Part shown: in pieces, positions 53,290-62,614 of the stretch
Numbering within the stretch: position 1 is the first letter of the stretch
Layout: every line of letters begins with the position of its first letter
Assembly (NCBI GenBank): GCA_016793485.1
Contig: JAEULZ010000016.1
Coordinates: 155,837-219,836 of the forward strand
Direction: 5' to 3'
Source of the DNA: Mesorhizobium sp.
GTDB taxonomy: Bacteria > Pseudomonadota > Alphaproteobacteria > Rhizobiales > Rhizobiaceae
Length of the DNA: 64,000 nucleotides
The notes under the pieces: generated by a model
Database searches by the model: none
Seen by the model: the letters and a program-made list of their open reading frames with translations, nothing else
What the model was told of the DNA's origin: nothing
Program-made: the position numbers and the translations under genes

Positions 53290-55524
53290 TCAATTGAGTG
53301 TGATGCTGAGTCCCGCGCCGCCGCCAACCGAACCGTCGGCCATGGTCGCGGCCGCATTGGCTCTGACTCGCCCGCCCTCACTTGTGTAGCCTGCGCCGAA
53401 AGCCGTAGCGCTTTGCCCGCGCCACAGACCGCCGCCAACGCCGATGCTGAATTTGCCGGGCGTGTCGTCGTAGCGTATCGACGATGCGGCCAACCCGATC
53501 GCGGCGGCCAGCCTGGCTTCGTCGCGGACGCCTGAAATCTCGCCCGACAATTGCGATATGCGCATGTCGGTGTATTCGTTGGCGATGTTGATGACTTCCT
53601 CGTTCGCATTGAACAGGAGCGTGTCCGAATAGGTGTTTGCCTGGATCAGCACATCGGCCAGCCCACCCTCCAGCTGGGCGAGGTTAACTGCGTCGGTTTG
53701 GTCGACGCCGGCGGCGACGTTCTTGAGGACGACCGGCGCATTTGGGTCGCCGCCAAGCAGCGTGACCGTGTTGGTCTTGTTGCCCGACAGGTCGAGGTCG
53801 TATTGAACTGCATTGTCCGAAAGTTCTGCTAGCGCGACGTTGGTGTCGTGAAGCTGCGAGCCGTTGACAGCGTCCGTCGAGGTTTCGTCCAGCAGGGCAG
53901 GCCGCAGGTTGGTGATGGTGGTTCCCGAGGCACCCTCCAGCGTTATGGTATCCTTGGCCGCTCCCTCGATGCCATCATAGCGAACGGCCCTGTCGGTGAC
54001 TTCGCCGATCGACGTGTCGATGTTGTCAATGCGCGTGTTGATATTGGTGACTTCGCTATCGACGGCTTCGAATGCGTTGTAGACAGTGCCGTAGTCGCTG
54101 CCCTGGATCGTGTAGGTCGGGCCGTTCACGGTTCCGTCGGAACTGACCGTGGCGCCGCCGCCGAGATGATCTGCCACGCTTTGTGAGGCGCCATGGAGCT
54201 GCGAACCGTTCACTGCGTCGCCTGACGTCGCACTGATTTCGCCGTCTGCGAGGTTTCTGATCGTCGTGCCGTTCGAGCCTTCGAGCGTGATTGTGTCTTT
54301 GGCGTCGCCCTCAGCGCCATCATAACGTACAGCGCGATCACTGACTTCATTCACGGCGCTATCGATGTTGTCGATGCGAGTGTTGACGTTTGTAATCTCG
54401 CCATCGACCGCGGAGAATGCACTGGAAATCGTCGTGTGGTTGCCGCCCTGTATTACATAGGTCGGGCCTGTGACGGTGCCGTCGACATTGACGGTTCCGC
54501 CGCCAAGATGGTTGACGACGCTCTGCGAGACGCCGAAGAGCTGCGAGCCATTGACGGCTTCATCCGAGGTCGCATTGACCACACCGTCCGCGAGATTTGC
54601 GATCGTCGTGCCTGCGGGCCCCTCGAGTGTGATGTGGTCCTTTGCTACCGCATCGTAGCGGATGGACCATTGCGCCAGCCCCTCGAGCTGGCTGACGTTG
54701 ACAGCGTCTGTGGAGGCCGAGCCTGCGGCGACATTGGTGACGCGGCGTTGGATCGAGGCATTGCCGACAGAAAATTCTCCGGCCGCAGTCGATCCGGCAA
54801 TCGCACCGAGCCCCGGATTGTAGGCAGGGTTCGAGAGGATCGCCGTGGTTTGCGATCCAGCACCGATGGCAACGCTGTTGGCGGCGGTAACGCCGGCTCC
54901 TGCTCCTATGGCAATGGACCCCGTAGCATTGGCGCCGACGGTTGCGCCCGTGCCCAAGGCAATTGAACTCGTTGCGCTGGCATCGGTTTCTGCGTTGTTG
55001 CCGATCGCAATTGAATTGATCTCGCCCGCGTCAGCCTCCTGCCCGTTCGCGCCGAGGCCCGTGACCTGGTTGCCGCCGATCGACACACCCTTCTCAGTGT
55101 CGAGCGTTACGCCATCGGCCGTCATGATGCAGTCGTCGGTCGGGCCGACAATGACCCCGTTAACGTCGAGCACCGAAAGCGTGATCGGGTCTCCTGCCGC
55201 AGCCGTCGCGAGCAACCCGGCCACGTCCACCGAAGCAGCCGGCGGTGGATTGAAACCCAACACTCCAAGCGCGCCCGAAATCAGTGGAACGTTGCCGATG
55301 ACGTTGACCGCCGCGAGAGTGCTGTTCAGCACACCCTGGATTGGCACCACCGCGCCGGTGACGACCGGACTCATGATGTCGGTCACCACAGAGGGGCGGA
55401 GGCTGACCCCTGAGCAGGCGCTCACAACGGATTGGGCAGACGCCACGTTGGCCTTCAAGACCAGCGCAATGCCCATTGTAAGAGCCAAAGGAAGAATTCT
55501 TTTGCTAGCCATTGCTTGCAACAT
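53290..55524 (-). CDS. trimeric autotransporter adhesin (YadA-like)
   Basis: SIAIG head repeats, STDAVNVSQL/DAVNGSQL neck repeats, C-terminal anchor ending GAGLSITLN; SD GGAGG before 55524. Confidence 0.92.
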   Translation of the reverse strand: MLQAMASKRILPLALTMGIALVLKANVASAQSVVSACSGVSLRPSVVTDIMSPVVTGAVVPIQGVLNSTLAAVNVIGNVPLISGALGVLGFNPPPAASVDVAGLLATAAAGDPITLSVLDVNGVIVGPTDDCIMTADGVTLDTEKGVSIGGNQVTGLGANGQEADAGEINSIAIGNNAETDASATSSIALGTGATVGANATGSIAIGAGAGVTAANSVAIGAGSQTTAILSNPAYNPGLGAIAGSTAAGEFSVGNASIQRRVTNVAAGSASTDAVNVSQLEGLAQWSIRYDAVAKDHITLEGPAGTTIANLADGVVNATSDEAVNGSQLFGVSQSVVNHLGGGTVNVDGTVTGPTYVIQGGNHTTISSAFSAVDGEITNVNTRIDNIDSAVNEVSDRAVRYDGAEGDAKDTITLEGSNGTTIRNLADGEISATSGDAVNGSQLHGASQSVADHLGGGATVSSDGTVNGPTYTIQGSDYGTVYNAFEAVDSEVTNINTRIDNIDTSIGEVTDRAVRYDGIEGAAKDTITLEGASGTTITNLRPALLDETSTDAVNGSQLHDTNVALAELSDNAVQYDLDLSGNKTNTVTLLGGDPNAPVVLKNVAAGVDQTDAVNLAQLEGGLADVLIQANTYSDTLLFNANEEVINIANEYTDMRISQLSGEISGVRDEARLAAAIGLAASSIRYDDTPGKFSIGVGGGLWRGQSATAFGAGYTSEGGRVRANAAATMADGSVGGGAGLSITLN

Positions 55525-55993
55525 CATTACCTCCATACGTTAGCTATATCATTGCAAGAGATGGTCAACAATTGGTAACTGAACAATACGTCAACACGAC
55601 TGACTTATGGCCATCGGCGAGAAGTAGAATTTATTCAAGTATACAATCTGCCGGTGCGATTAACATTTGTTATCGTGGATCGAAGAACATCTTCATGCTT
55701 CAAAATAACGGTCGCGCAAATTGTCAACTTGATCTGCGGAGTCCGCAACGGCGGTGTTGTTCGTGACGAGGGTCGCCGGTTCTGTGTCATGGAACAGTTG
55801 AAGGAACCTCGCGCCGGAAGACCCCGGTTCCGAGAACGACAGAACAGGATCCGCTGGCCTCCACTTGTGGAGAGGGCTAATCCGGCCAAAGAATAGTCAG
55901 GACGTCGCGCCTGTGGATTTCGCCGCCGCCAGGAGCGGTATTGGCAGACTCCGCTCTGCCTCCGGGTCCCAGTACAGATCGCAGTACAGATCC

Positions 55994-57067
55994 TCAGGCT
56001 GGCGCGAAGATCTCTTCAACCCAAAGCATCGCCTCACGCACATCCACAGCGGCAATCTGGCGCGGGAAGTGGCGGATATGCGGAGCCGTCATCGTCAGTT
56101 CGGCAATCTTGTCCACTGTCGCGCTATCCGCCGGAGCGGCTAGCTCGGCGAGGCTGCGCGGCAGACCGACCTTTTCGTAAAACTCCGCCAGCGCCAAGAT
56201 TTCTTTTTCCGGACGTCCTTCGAGCCTGATCTGCACGATGTTCGCGTAGGCGACCTGGAAGCCGTGCAGGGTGTCGGCATACACCTTCACCGCGGTCAGG
56301 CCGCGGGTCATCGAATGCGCGATGGAGAGACCACCGCTTTCGAACACAAGGCCGCTCATAAGCACGGTGGCTTCGACGACCTTTTCGAAAGTCTCGTCCG
56401 GCACGCCACGGTCGATCGCGGCAAGCGCGCCCTCGGCGTGCTCCAGAAGGATTCCGTGGCATGCCCGCCCGAGCGTCACAGCAGCCAAGGAGGATTTCCC
56501 TCCGAAGACGTTGATCCCGCCGGCATTCGCGCAGGCATCGACTTCGTAGACCTTGCCGATCGCGTCGCCGATCCCTGACACGAAGAGCTTTCTCGGCGCA
56601 CGGGCAATGACCGCTGTATCGACGAGGACAAGCGCCGGATTGCGGCGCATCTTCTCGACCCCGAGCATACGATGGTTTTCATCGTACATGACATAATTGT
56701 GGCTGGTCGGCGCATCCGTTGAGGCGATGGTGGGTATGGTCACCATCTGCGCGCCGGTGCGGTTGGCGAGCGCCTTGCCAGCATCGATGCATTTGCCTCC
56801 ACCTGCGGAGGCAATGATGGGCGCATCTCCGGCCAACTGCAGGAGCCTGTCGACCTCCTGTGGCGTGCATTCTCCCGAAAAGCGGAGCTGCCTCGCGTCG
56901 ATGCCGGCCTCTCTGCACGACGCAGCGATCGCTTCGCCGTAATTGTCCTGGATCAGGGGATCGAGCACGAACACCGCAGAAGGGCCGATCCGGCCTATTT
57001 CCGCACCGATGCTGGAAAGAGCGCCTGCTCCCTGAACATAGCGCGTCGGCGAGCCGAATATGATCAT
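55994..57067 (-). CDS. glycerol dehydrogenase-like (Fe/Zn-containing ADH family)
   Basis: SPTRYVQG, GGGKCIDAGK, PTIASTDAP, SGIGDA, AHSMTRGL, HGFQVA. Confidence 0.88.
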   Translation of the reverse strand: MIIFGSPTRYVQGAGALSSIGAEIGRIGPSAVFVLDPLIQDNYGEAIAASCREAGIDARQLRFSGECTPQEVDRLLQLAGDAPIIASAGGGKCIDAGKALANRTGAQMVTIPTIASTDAPTSHNYVMYDENHRMLGVEKMRRNPALVLVDTAVIARAPRKLFVSGIGDAIGKVYEVDACANAGGINVFGGKSSLAAVTLGRACHGILLEHAEGALAAIDRGVPDETFEKVVEATVLMSGLVFESGGLSIAHSMTRGLTAVKVYADTLHGFQVAYANIVQIRLEGRPEKEILALAEFYEKVGLPRSLAELAAPADSATVDKIAELTMTAPHIRHFPRQIAAVDVREAMLWVEEIFAPA

Positions 57068-57160
57068 TGCCCGATAATCCTCCCGGTCGTGCAGGCTCTT
57101 TGCATACGGTGCACCACCCAGGATCCACCATACCGAATCTAGCTATCGGACACGCGCGCT

Positions 57161-57199
57161 CAAATCAAGTATGATCCATGATGCATCATACTTGATTTG
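57161..57199. promoter_or_regulatory. perfect 15-bp inverted repeat in divergent promoter
   Basis: CAAATCAAGTATGAT-N9-ATCATACTTGATTTG. Confidence 0.7.
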
Positions 57200-57286
57200 T
57201 CGAAAGCCTGCTTTTATGGTCCGCGCCGGGTTACGCCATCCGAGCGACGTTAGCGGCCGGAGGCTCGACCTCGGGAGGAGAAAGAA

Positions 57287-58372
57287 ATGACCGAAAGGCG
57301 AAATGCCCTCGTAGTCGGGTCCACCGGCATCGTTGGTGGCAACATATGCGAGAGGCTGCTGGCGGACGGCTGGGTCGTGCACGGCCTGGCGCGGCGACCT
57401 GAACGGTCGCCCAAGGGGACTGAACCATTAGCGGCCAACCTCAATGACAGGCAGGCCGTGGCCGATGCGCTCTCCCGTGCCGGACCTATAACCCATCTTT
57501 TTCAGGCAAGCTGGACGCCAGCCGATACCGAAGAAGAAGCTTGCAAGATCAACGCACAGCAGCTGTCCAACGTTCTGGATGGATTGCAGGCGGCTGGCCA
57601 TACCGTCGAGCATGTCGTGCTGATCACCGGCGTGAAGCACTATCTCGGGCCCTTCAAGGATTTCGGCCGCTACCTCCCCGATACGCCTTTCCTGGAAGAC
57701 ACGCCGCGACTGCCGATCCCGAATTTCTACTACGACCAGGAGGACGTTCTGTTCGCAGCCGCCAAGCGCGACGGCTTCACCTGGAGCGTTCATCGCCCGA
57801 ACGCGATCGTCGGTTTCGCCGTCGGCGCGCTGATGAATCACGGCCTGACGCTCGCCTGCTATGCTTCCATCTGCCGCGAGACCGGACGGCCATTTGCCTT
57901 CACCGGTGTGCAGGAACAGTGGGACATGCTGACCGAGATCAGTGACGCGCGCCTCATCGCCCGGCAGGCGGCCTGGGCCGCGACGACGCCGGAGGCTGCC
58001 AACAAGCCCTACAACACCGGCAATGGCGACGTTTTTCGCTACAAGCGGATGTGGAAGATCATCGCCGACCATTTCGGCCTTGACGCGCCGACGTACGACG
58101 GCCGCCAGCAGAGCCTGCAGGAATTGATGGCCGACGCCGATCCCATCTGGCGCTCCATGGCGGAAAAATACGGACTGGCCGAGCCGGACATTTCGCGCCT
58201 CGCGACATGGTGGCACACCGACGCCGACTTCGGCCGCAAGGTCGAGTGCATCTCGGACATGACGCGCAGCCGCAAGGCGGGCTTCCTCGACTACCAGTCC
58301 TCCACCGACACCTTCCTCGACCTGTTTCGCCGTCTCGAGGACGAGCGGATCATACCGCGTTTCGAACGATAA
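57287..58372 (+). CDS. SDR, progesterone 5-beta-reductase-like (PRISE) subfamily
   Basis: VVGSTGIVG, LITGVKHYLG, NFYYDQED, WSVHRP. Confidence 0.85.
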   Translation: MTERRNALVVGSTGIVGGNICERLLADGWVVHGLARRPERSPKGTEPLAANLNDRQAVADALSRAGPITHLFQASWTPADTEEEACKINAQQLSNVLDGLQAAGHTVEHVVLITGVKHYLGPFKDFGRYLPDTPFLEDTPRLPIPNFYYDQEDVLFAAAKRDGFTWSVHRPNAIVGFAVGALMNHGLTLACYASICRETGRPFAFTGVQEQWDMLTEISDARLIARQAAWAATTPEAANKPYNTGNGDVFRYKRMWKIIADHFGLDAPTYDGRQQSLQELMADADPIWRSMAEKYGLAEPDISRLATWWHTDADFGRKVECISDMTRSRKAGFLDYQSSTDTFLDLFRRLEDERIIPRFER

Positions 58373-58422
58373 AGGCCGACCGAATTGCTTCGCCGGCATC
58401 GCATGACAGCAAGGAGAGCGAC

Positions 58423-59307
58423 ATGACATCGCAAACGGGCACAGTCGCGCCCGCCCGGAACAGCTACGCGCCGGACCAGGCCACAATCGACCGGCTGCGC
58501 GAGCGTGCGCAATTCATCCGGCTGGAAACAGTGCGCCTGATCGATATCGCTAAGACCGGTCACTACACCTCGGTCTTCTCGGCGGCGGAAGTCTTCTCGG
58601 CGCTCTATTACGACGTGATGAAGCTGCGCAAAGGCGAGCCCAAATGGGACGAGCGTGATCGCTTCACCATCGGCAAGGGCCATGCGGCCGTCGGCCTGTT
58701 CCCGATCTATGCCGATCTCGGCTTCTTCCCGACTGAATGGCTGGACGACTACACGCGCCTGGGCAGCCCGCTCGGCGATCATCCGGACATGAGCAAGGTG
58801 CCCGGCGTCGACTTCTCGTCAGGCTCCATCGGACATGCGCTCTCGAATGCGATCGGCATCGCATTGGCGCAGCGCTGGACCGGCAAACCCTATTCCGTCT
58901 TCTGCATGATGGGCGACGGCGAGATGCAGGAAGGCCAGGTTTGGGAAGCGGCGCTGTTCGCCGCGCAGAACAAGCTCGGCAAGCTGATCGGCATCGTCGA
59001 CCGCAATGGGTTCCAGCTCGATGGCCGCGTCGACGACGTGATGGCGATCGAGCCGCTCGACGAGAAATGGCGTTCCTTCGGCTGGGAAGTCCATACGGTC
59101 GATGGCCACGACATCGCCGCCGTAACCGAGCTGCTTCGCCGCCTGCGCGCCGACGATACGCGCAACCAGCCCGCCATGGTCATCTCGAAGACCCTCAAGG
59201 GCCGAGGCGTCTCTTACATGGAGACCGAGCCGGGCTGGCATCTCGGCTGGCTCGACCCCTCCGACGCCGAAGAGGCGATCGCTGAAATCAAGTCGCAGGT
59301 GATCTGA
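58423..59307 (+). CDS. transketolase-like, N-terminal (TPP-binding) subunit
   Basis: KGHAA, GSIGHALS, MGDGEMQEGQVWEA; start MTSQTG at 58423. Confidence 0.9.
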   Translation: MTSQTGTVAPARNSYAPDQATIDRLRERAQFIRLETVRLIDIAKTGHYTSVFSAAEVFSALYYDVMKLRKGEPKWDERDRFTIGKGHAAVGLFPIYADLGFFPTEWLDDYTRLGSPLGDHPDMSKVPGVDFSSGSIGHALSNAIGIALAQRWTGKPYSVFCMMGDGEMQEGQVWEAALFAAQNKLGKLIGIVDRNGFQLDGRVDDVMAIEPLDEKWRSFGWEVHTVDGHDIAAVTELLRRLRADDTRNQPAMVISKTLKGRGVSYMETEPGWHLGWLDPSDAEEAIAEIKSQVI

Positions 59308-59308
59308 G

Positions 59309-60295
59309 ATGAACGGACCGAAGTCGCCAAACTCCTGGCAGTATCGCGGGCTCAACATGAAGAACCCCGGTCTCGACCATCTGTCGAACGGGCTCATCGA
59401 TCTCGTGAAGGCAGGGCATAATGTGGTAGCGGGTTCCGCCGACCTGCAATATTCGAATGGCCTCAACCGCTTTGCGGCCGCCTACCCTGACCGCTACATC
59501 TCCTTCGGCATTTCCGAGCAGAACATGGTGTCCGTGGCCGCCGGTATTGCGACCACTGGCGTTGTCCCGTTCGTCGCGACCTTCGCGTCGTTCCTCGGCC
59601 TGCTCGCCTGCGAGCAGATCCGCATGGACGTGGCCTACGGCGGCCAGCCCGTACGCCTGATCGGCCACCATACCGGCATCTCGCTCGGCTTCTACGGAAC
59701 CTCGCACCATGCGACCGAAGACATCGGCACGATGCGCTCGATCGCCGACCTGACGGTCGTTTCGCCTTCCGACGGCGCGCAGCTCGAGGCGGTCATCGCC
59801 GCTTCCGCCGAATGGGACCAGCCCATCTACATCCGCATCGGCCGTGGCCGCGATCCGGTGGTGTATGAAAGCCGTCCGTCGTTCAAATTCGGCAAGGCCC
59901 ATGTTCACGGCTTCGGCGAAGACCTGACCATCATTGCCTGCGGGATCACGGTCCATGCCGCGCTTGAAGCCGCAGCCGCGATGAAGGCCGAGGGGCGCTC
60001 TGTAGGCGTCATCGACATGGCCTCGATCAAGCCGCTTGATCGCGACGCGATCATTGAGGCGGCGGATCGCTCCCGCACCGGCAAGCTGATGACCGTCGAG
60101 GAGCACAATGTGCTTGGCGGGCTCGGTGCGGCAGTTGCAGAAGTCCTGACCGACGAGGGCAAGGGCATCCGGCTGAAGCGTCACGGCATCTACGACGAAT
60201 ACAGCCTGATCGCGCCGCCCACCCATCTCTACGCTCACTACAAGCTCGACGGTGCAGGCATCCGCGAGGTGGCGGAAGGATTTCTGCGCGGCTAG
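59309..60295 (+). CDS. transketolase-like, C-terminal subunit
   Basis: GISEQNMV, SHHATED, YIRIGRG, TVEEHNVLGGLG. Confidence 0.9.
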   Translation: MNGPKSPNSWQYRGLNMKNPGLDHLSNGLIDLVKAGHNVVAGSADLQYSNGLNRFAAAYPDRYISFGISEQNMVSVAAGIATTGVVPFVATFASFLGLLACEQIRMDVAYGGQPVRLIGHHTGISLGFYGTSHHATEDIGTMRSIADLTVVSPSDGAQLEAVIAASAEWDQPIYIRIGRGRDPVVYESRPSFKFGKAHVHGFGEDLTIIACGITVHAALEAAAAMKAEGRSVGVIDMASIKPLDRDAIIEAADRSRTGKLMTVEEHNVLGGLGAAVAEVLTDEGKGIRLKRHGIYDEYSLIAPPTHLYAHYKLDGAGIREVAEGFLRG

Positions 60296-60321
60296 AACGT
60301 CCGGACCAGGAGGATCTTTCC

Positions 60322-61011
60322 ATGAAGACTGCAATTGTAACGGGTGGCGGCACCGGCATAGGCCTCGCCACCTGCCATCGCCTTGCCGCGGCGGGCTACA
60401 GGATCATCGCCGGGGGGCTGGATCAGGAGGGAGATCTACCTACCGGTTCGGAGTTCATCTCGACGGATGTGACCAAGCAGGCGGATCTCGACGCTCTCGT
60501 CGCGAAAGCCGATCGGGTCGATGCGCTGGTGAACTGCGCCGGCATTCTTCGCCAGGAGCGCGAATGGGGCGTGGAAGACTTCAAGTTCGTCCTCGACGTC
60601 AATCTTACGGCCAGCCTCGCGGCGGCCACCACAGCCCGGGAGAAGCTGCGCGACGCACGTGGATCGATCGTCAACATCGCGTCGATGTGGAGCTACTTCG
60701 GCTCCCCGAAATCGCCGGCCTATGCCTCTTCGAAGGGTGGCATCGTGGCGCTCACCCGCTCGATGGCGGTAGCCTGGGGAGCCGAGGGCATACGGGTCAA
60801 CGCGGTCGCGCCCGGCTGGGTTCTTACCCGGATGGCAATGGGCGCAAAGACCGACCCTTCGCGTGAGCCGAAGATCACGGCGCGCATCCCGCTCGGTCGC
60901 TGGGCGGAACCGTCCGATATCGCCAATGTCATCGCCTTCCTCGTGTCGGACGAAGCAGCCTATGTACATGGCGTCGTCCTGCCGGTTGACGGCGGTTATT
61001 CCATCGCCTGA
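60322..61011 (+). CDS. short-chain dehydrogenase/reductase
   Basis: TGGGTGIG, VNCAG, YASSK. Confidence 0.9.
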   Translation: MKTAIVTGGGTGIGLATCHRLAAAGYRIIAGGLDQEGDLPTGSEFISTDVTKQADLDALVAKADRVDALVNCAGILRQEREWGVEDFKFVLDVNLTASLAAATTAREKLRDARGSIVNIASMWSYFGSPKSPAYASSKGGIVALTRSMAVAWGAEGIRVNAVAPGWVLTRMAMGAKTDPSREPKITARIPLGRWAEPSDIANVIAFLVSDEAAYVHGVVLPVDGGYSIA

Positions 61012-61158
61012 ACCCGTCGTTCCCTCCCGTCAGCAGACGGCAATCCCGCATAGTAACCCCTCGTTGCTGGAGCGGCGAGCTCCGGCATGCCACAAGGGCA
61101 TGCACGGCCGGGTCATTGCAGACTCGGCCGATTGCGTGATCGAAGGGAGGGCAAGGAT

Positions 61159-62607
61159 ATGGCGGCTGTTACCAAGGACCTGCTGAACACATACATCGAA
61201 TCCGATGGGCTAGGCCTGGCTGAACTGGTCAATCGCGGGGAAGTCTCTCCGGCTGAACTGGTCGAGGCTGCGATCCTTGAGATCGAGAAGCTCAACCCCT
61301 CTCTGAACGCGGTCATCCACAAGCTCTACGACATGGGTCGCGAGTCAGCCGAGACGGTTGACCGCAAGGCGCTGTTTGCCGGCGTGCCCTATCTGCTGAA
61401 GGAACTGGCGACGTCCTGGAAAGGCGCTCCGAACACAAACTCCTCACGCTACCTCAAGGACGTGGTCGCGGACTTCGATGCAGAAGTCGTGACGCGCCTG
61501 AAAAAGGCTGGCTTCCTTCTCGTCGGCAAATCGAACGCTCCCGAAAACGGCTGGTCGATCTCGACCGAACCGAAGCTCTACGGCGCGACGGTCAATCCAT
61601 GGCGGGCCGACGCAACGGCGGGCGGTTCGAGCGGCGGCTCCTGCGCAGCGGTCGCATCGAGGATGGTTCCGATTGCTGAATCGAGCGATGCTGCCGGCTC
61701 CATTCGTGTTCCCGCGTCCTGTTGCGGCGTGCTTGGCCTGAAACCGTCGCGCGGCCGTGTCACGATGGCGCCGTTCGCGGATGTCTGGCACGGCGGCGCT
61801 TATTTCCTGGCCAATACAAGGACAGTCCGCGACACCGCAGCCTATCTCGACGCTGTATCTGGCGCACTGCCGGGCGACCCCTACCAGCCACCCGTGCCAG
61901 AGCGGAGCTGGCTTGAACTCTCGCGCGAAGCCCCGAAGAAGCTTCGTGTGGCCTTCACCGTAACGCCGCCGGAAGGCCGTGCGATCGACCCGGAGGTCAA
62001 GCAGACCGTCCTCGACACTGTGAAGGTCCTGCAACAGCTCGGCCATGACGTCGAAGAACACGATATCTCCCTCGACTCGGACGATGCATGGAAGACCTAC
62101 ACGCACATGAGTTGCGTCCAGACGGCCGCGATTTTCGAGTGGCTGTCGGCCATCGTCGGCCGCCCTGTTACTCCCAATGACGTCGAGCCCATAACCTGGG
62201 CGATCATCGAGCGCGGACGGGCGACTGATGGCATCAGGCATATCTCGGACGTCGAGAAGGTCCGCCAGCTCGGACGCTCGATCGCGCTCGACCTGAATGC
62301 CTATAATATCTACCTGACCCCCACTCTGACCCAGCTTCCGCGGCCGGTCGGTTTCTACGACATGTCGATGACCGATCTCGATGCCTACAACGCCCTCTGG
62401 ACCGACGGCGCCTTCACATTCCCCTTCAACATGTCCGGACAGCCGGCCATGTCGATCCCTGTTGGAATGTCGCGGAGTGGTCTGCCGATCGGCGTGCAGG
62501 CGGTAGCCCGGTACGGAGACGAGGCGACCATCCTGGCGCTGGCTTCAGTGCTTGAGCAGGAGATGCCGTGGGAGGGCCGACGCCCTCCCGTCGTCGCCTC
62601 TGCATGA
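61159..62607 (+). CDS. amidase signature family enzyme
   Basis: LLKE, GGSSGGS, SDAAGSIRVPASCCG; start MAAVT at 61159. Confidence 0.92.
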   Translation: MAAVTKDLLNTYIESDGLGLAELVNRGEVSPAELVEAAILEIEKLNPSLNAVIHKLYDMGRESAETVDRKALFAGVPYLLKELATSWKGAPNTNSSRYLKDVVADFDAEVVTRLKKAGFLLVGKSNAPENGWSISTEPKLYGATVNPWRADATAGGSSGGSCAAVASRMVPIAESSDAAGSIRVPASCCGVLGLKPSRGRVTMAPFADVWHGGAYFLANTRTVRDTAAYLDAVSGALPGDPYQPPVPERSWLELSREAPKKLRVAFTVTPPEGRAIDPEVKQTVLDTVKVLQQLGHDVEEHDISLDSDDAWKTYTHMSCVQTAAIFEWLSAIVGRPVTPNDVEPITWAIIERGRATDGIRHISDVEKVRQLGRSIALDLNAYNIYLTPTLTQLPRPVGFYDMSMTDLDAYNALWTDGAFTFPFNMSGQPAMSIPVGMSRSGLPIGVQAVARYGDEATILALASVLEQEMPWEGRRPPVVASA

Positions 62608-62614
62608 CAGACGA

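Noticed and set aside
55970-55992. Tandem CAGTACAGATC duplication next to hairpin GGCAGA/TCTGCC (55943-55960)
   Set aside because: A single short duplication in a terminator region between genes; no further copies seen.
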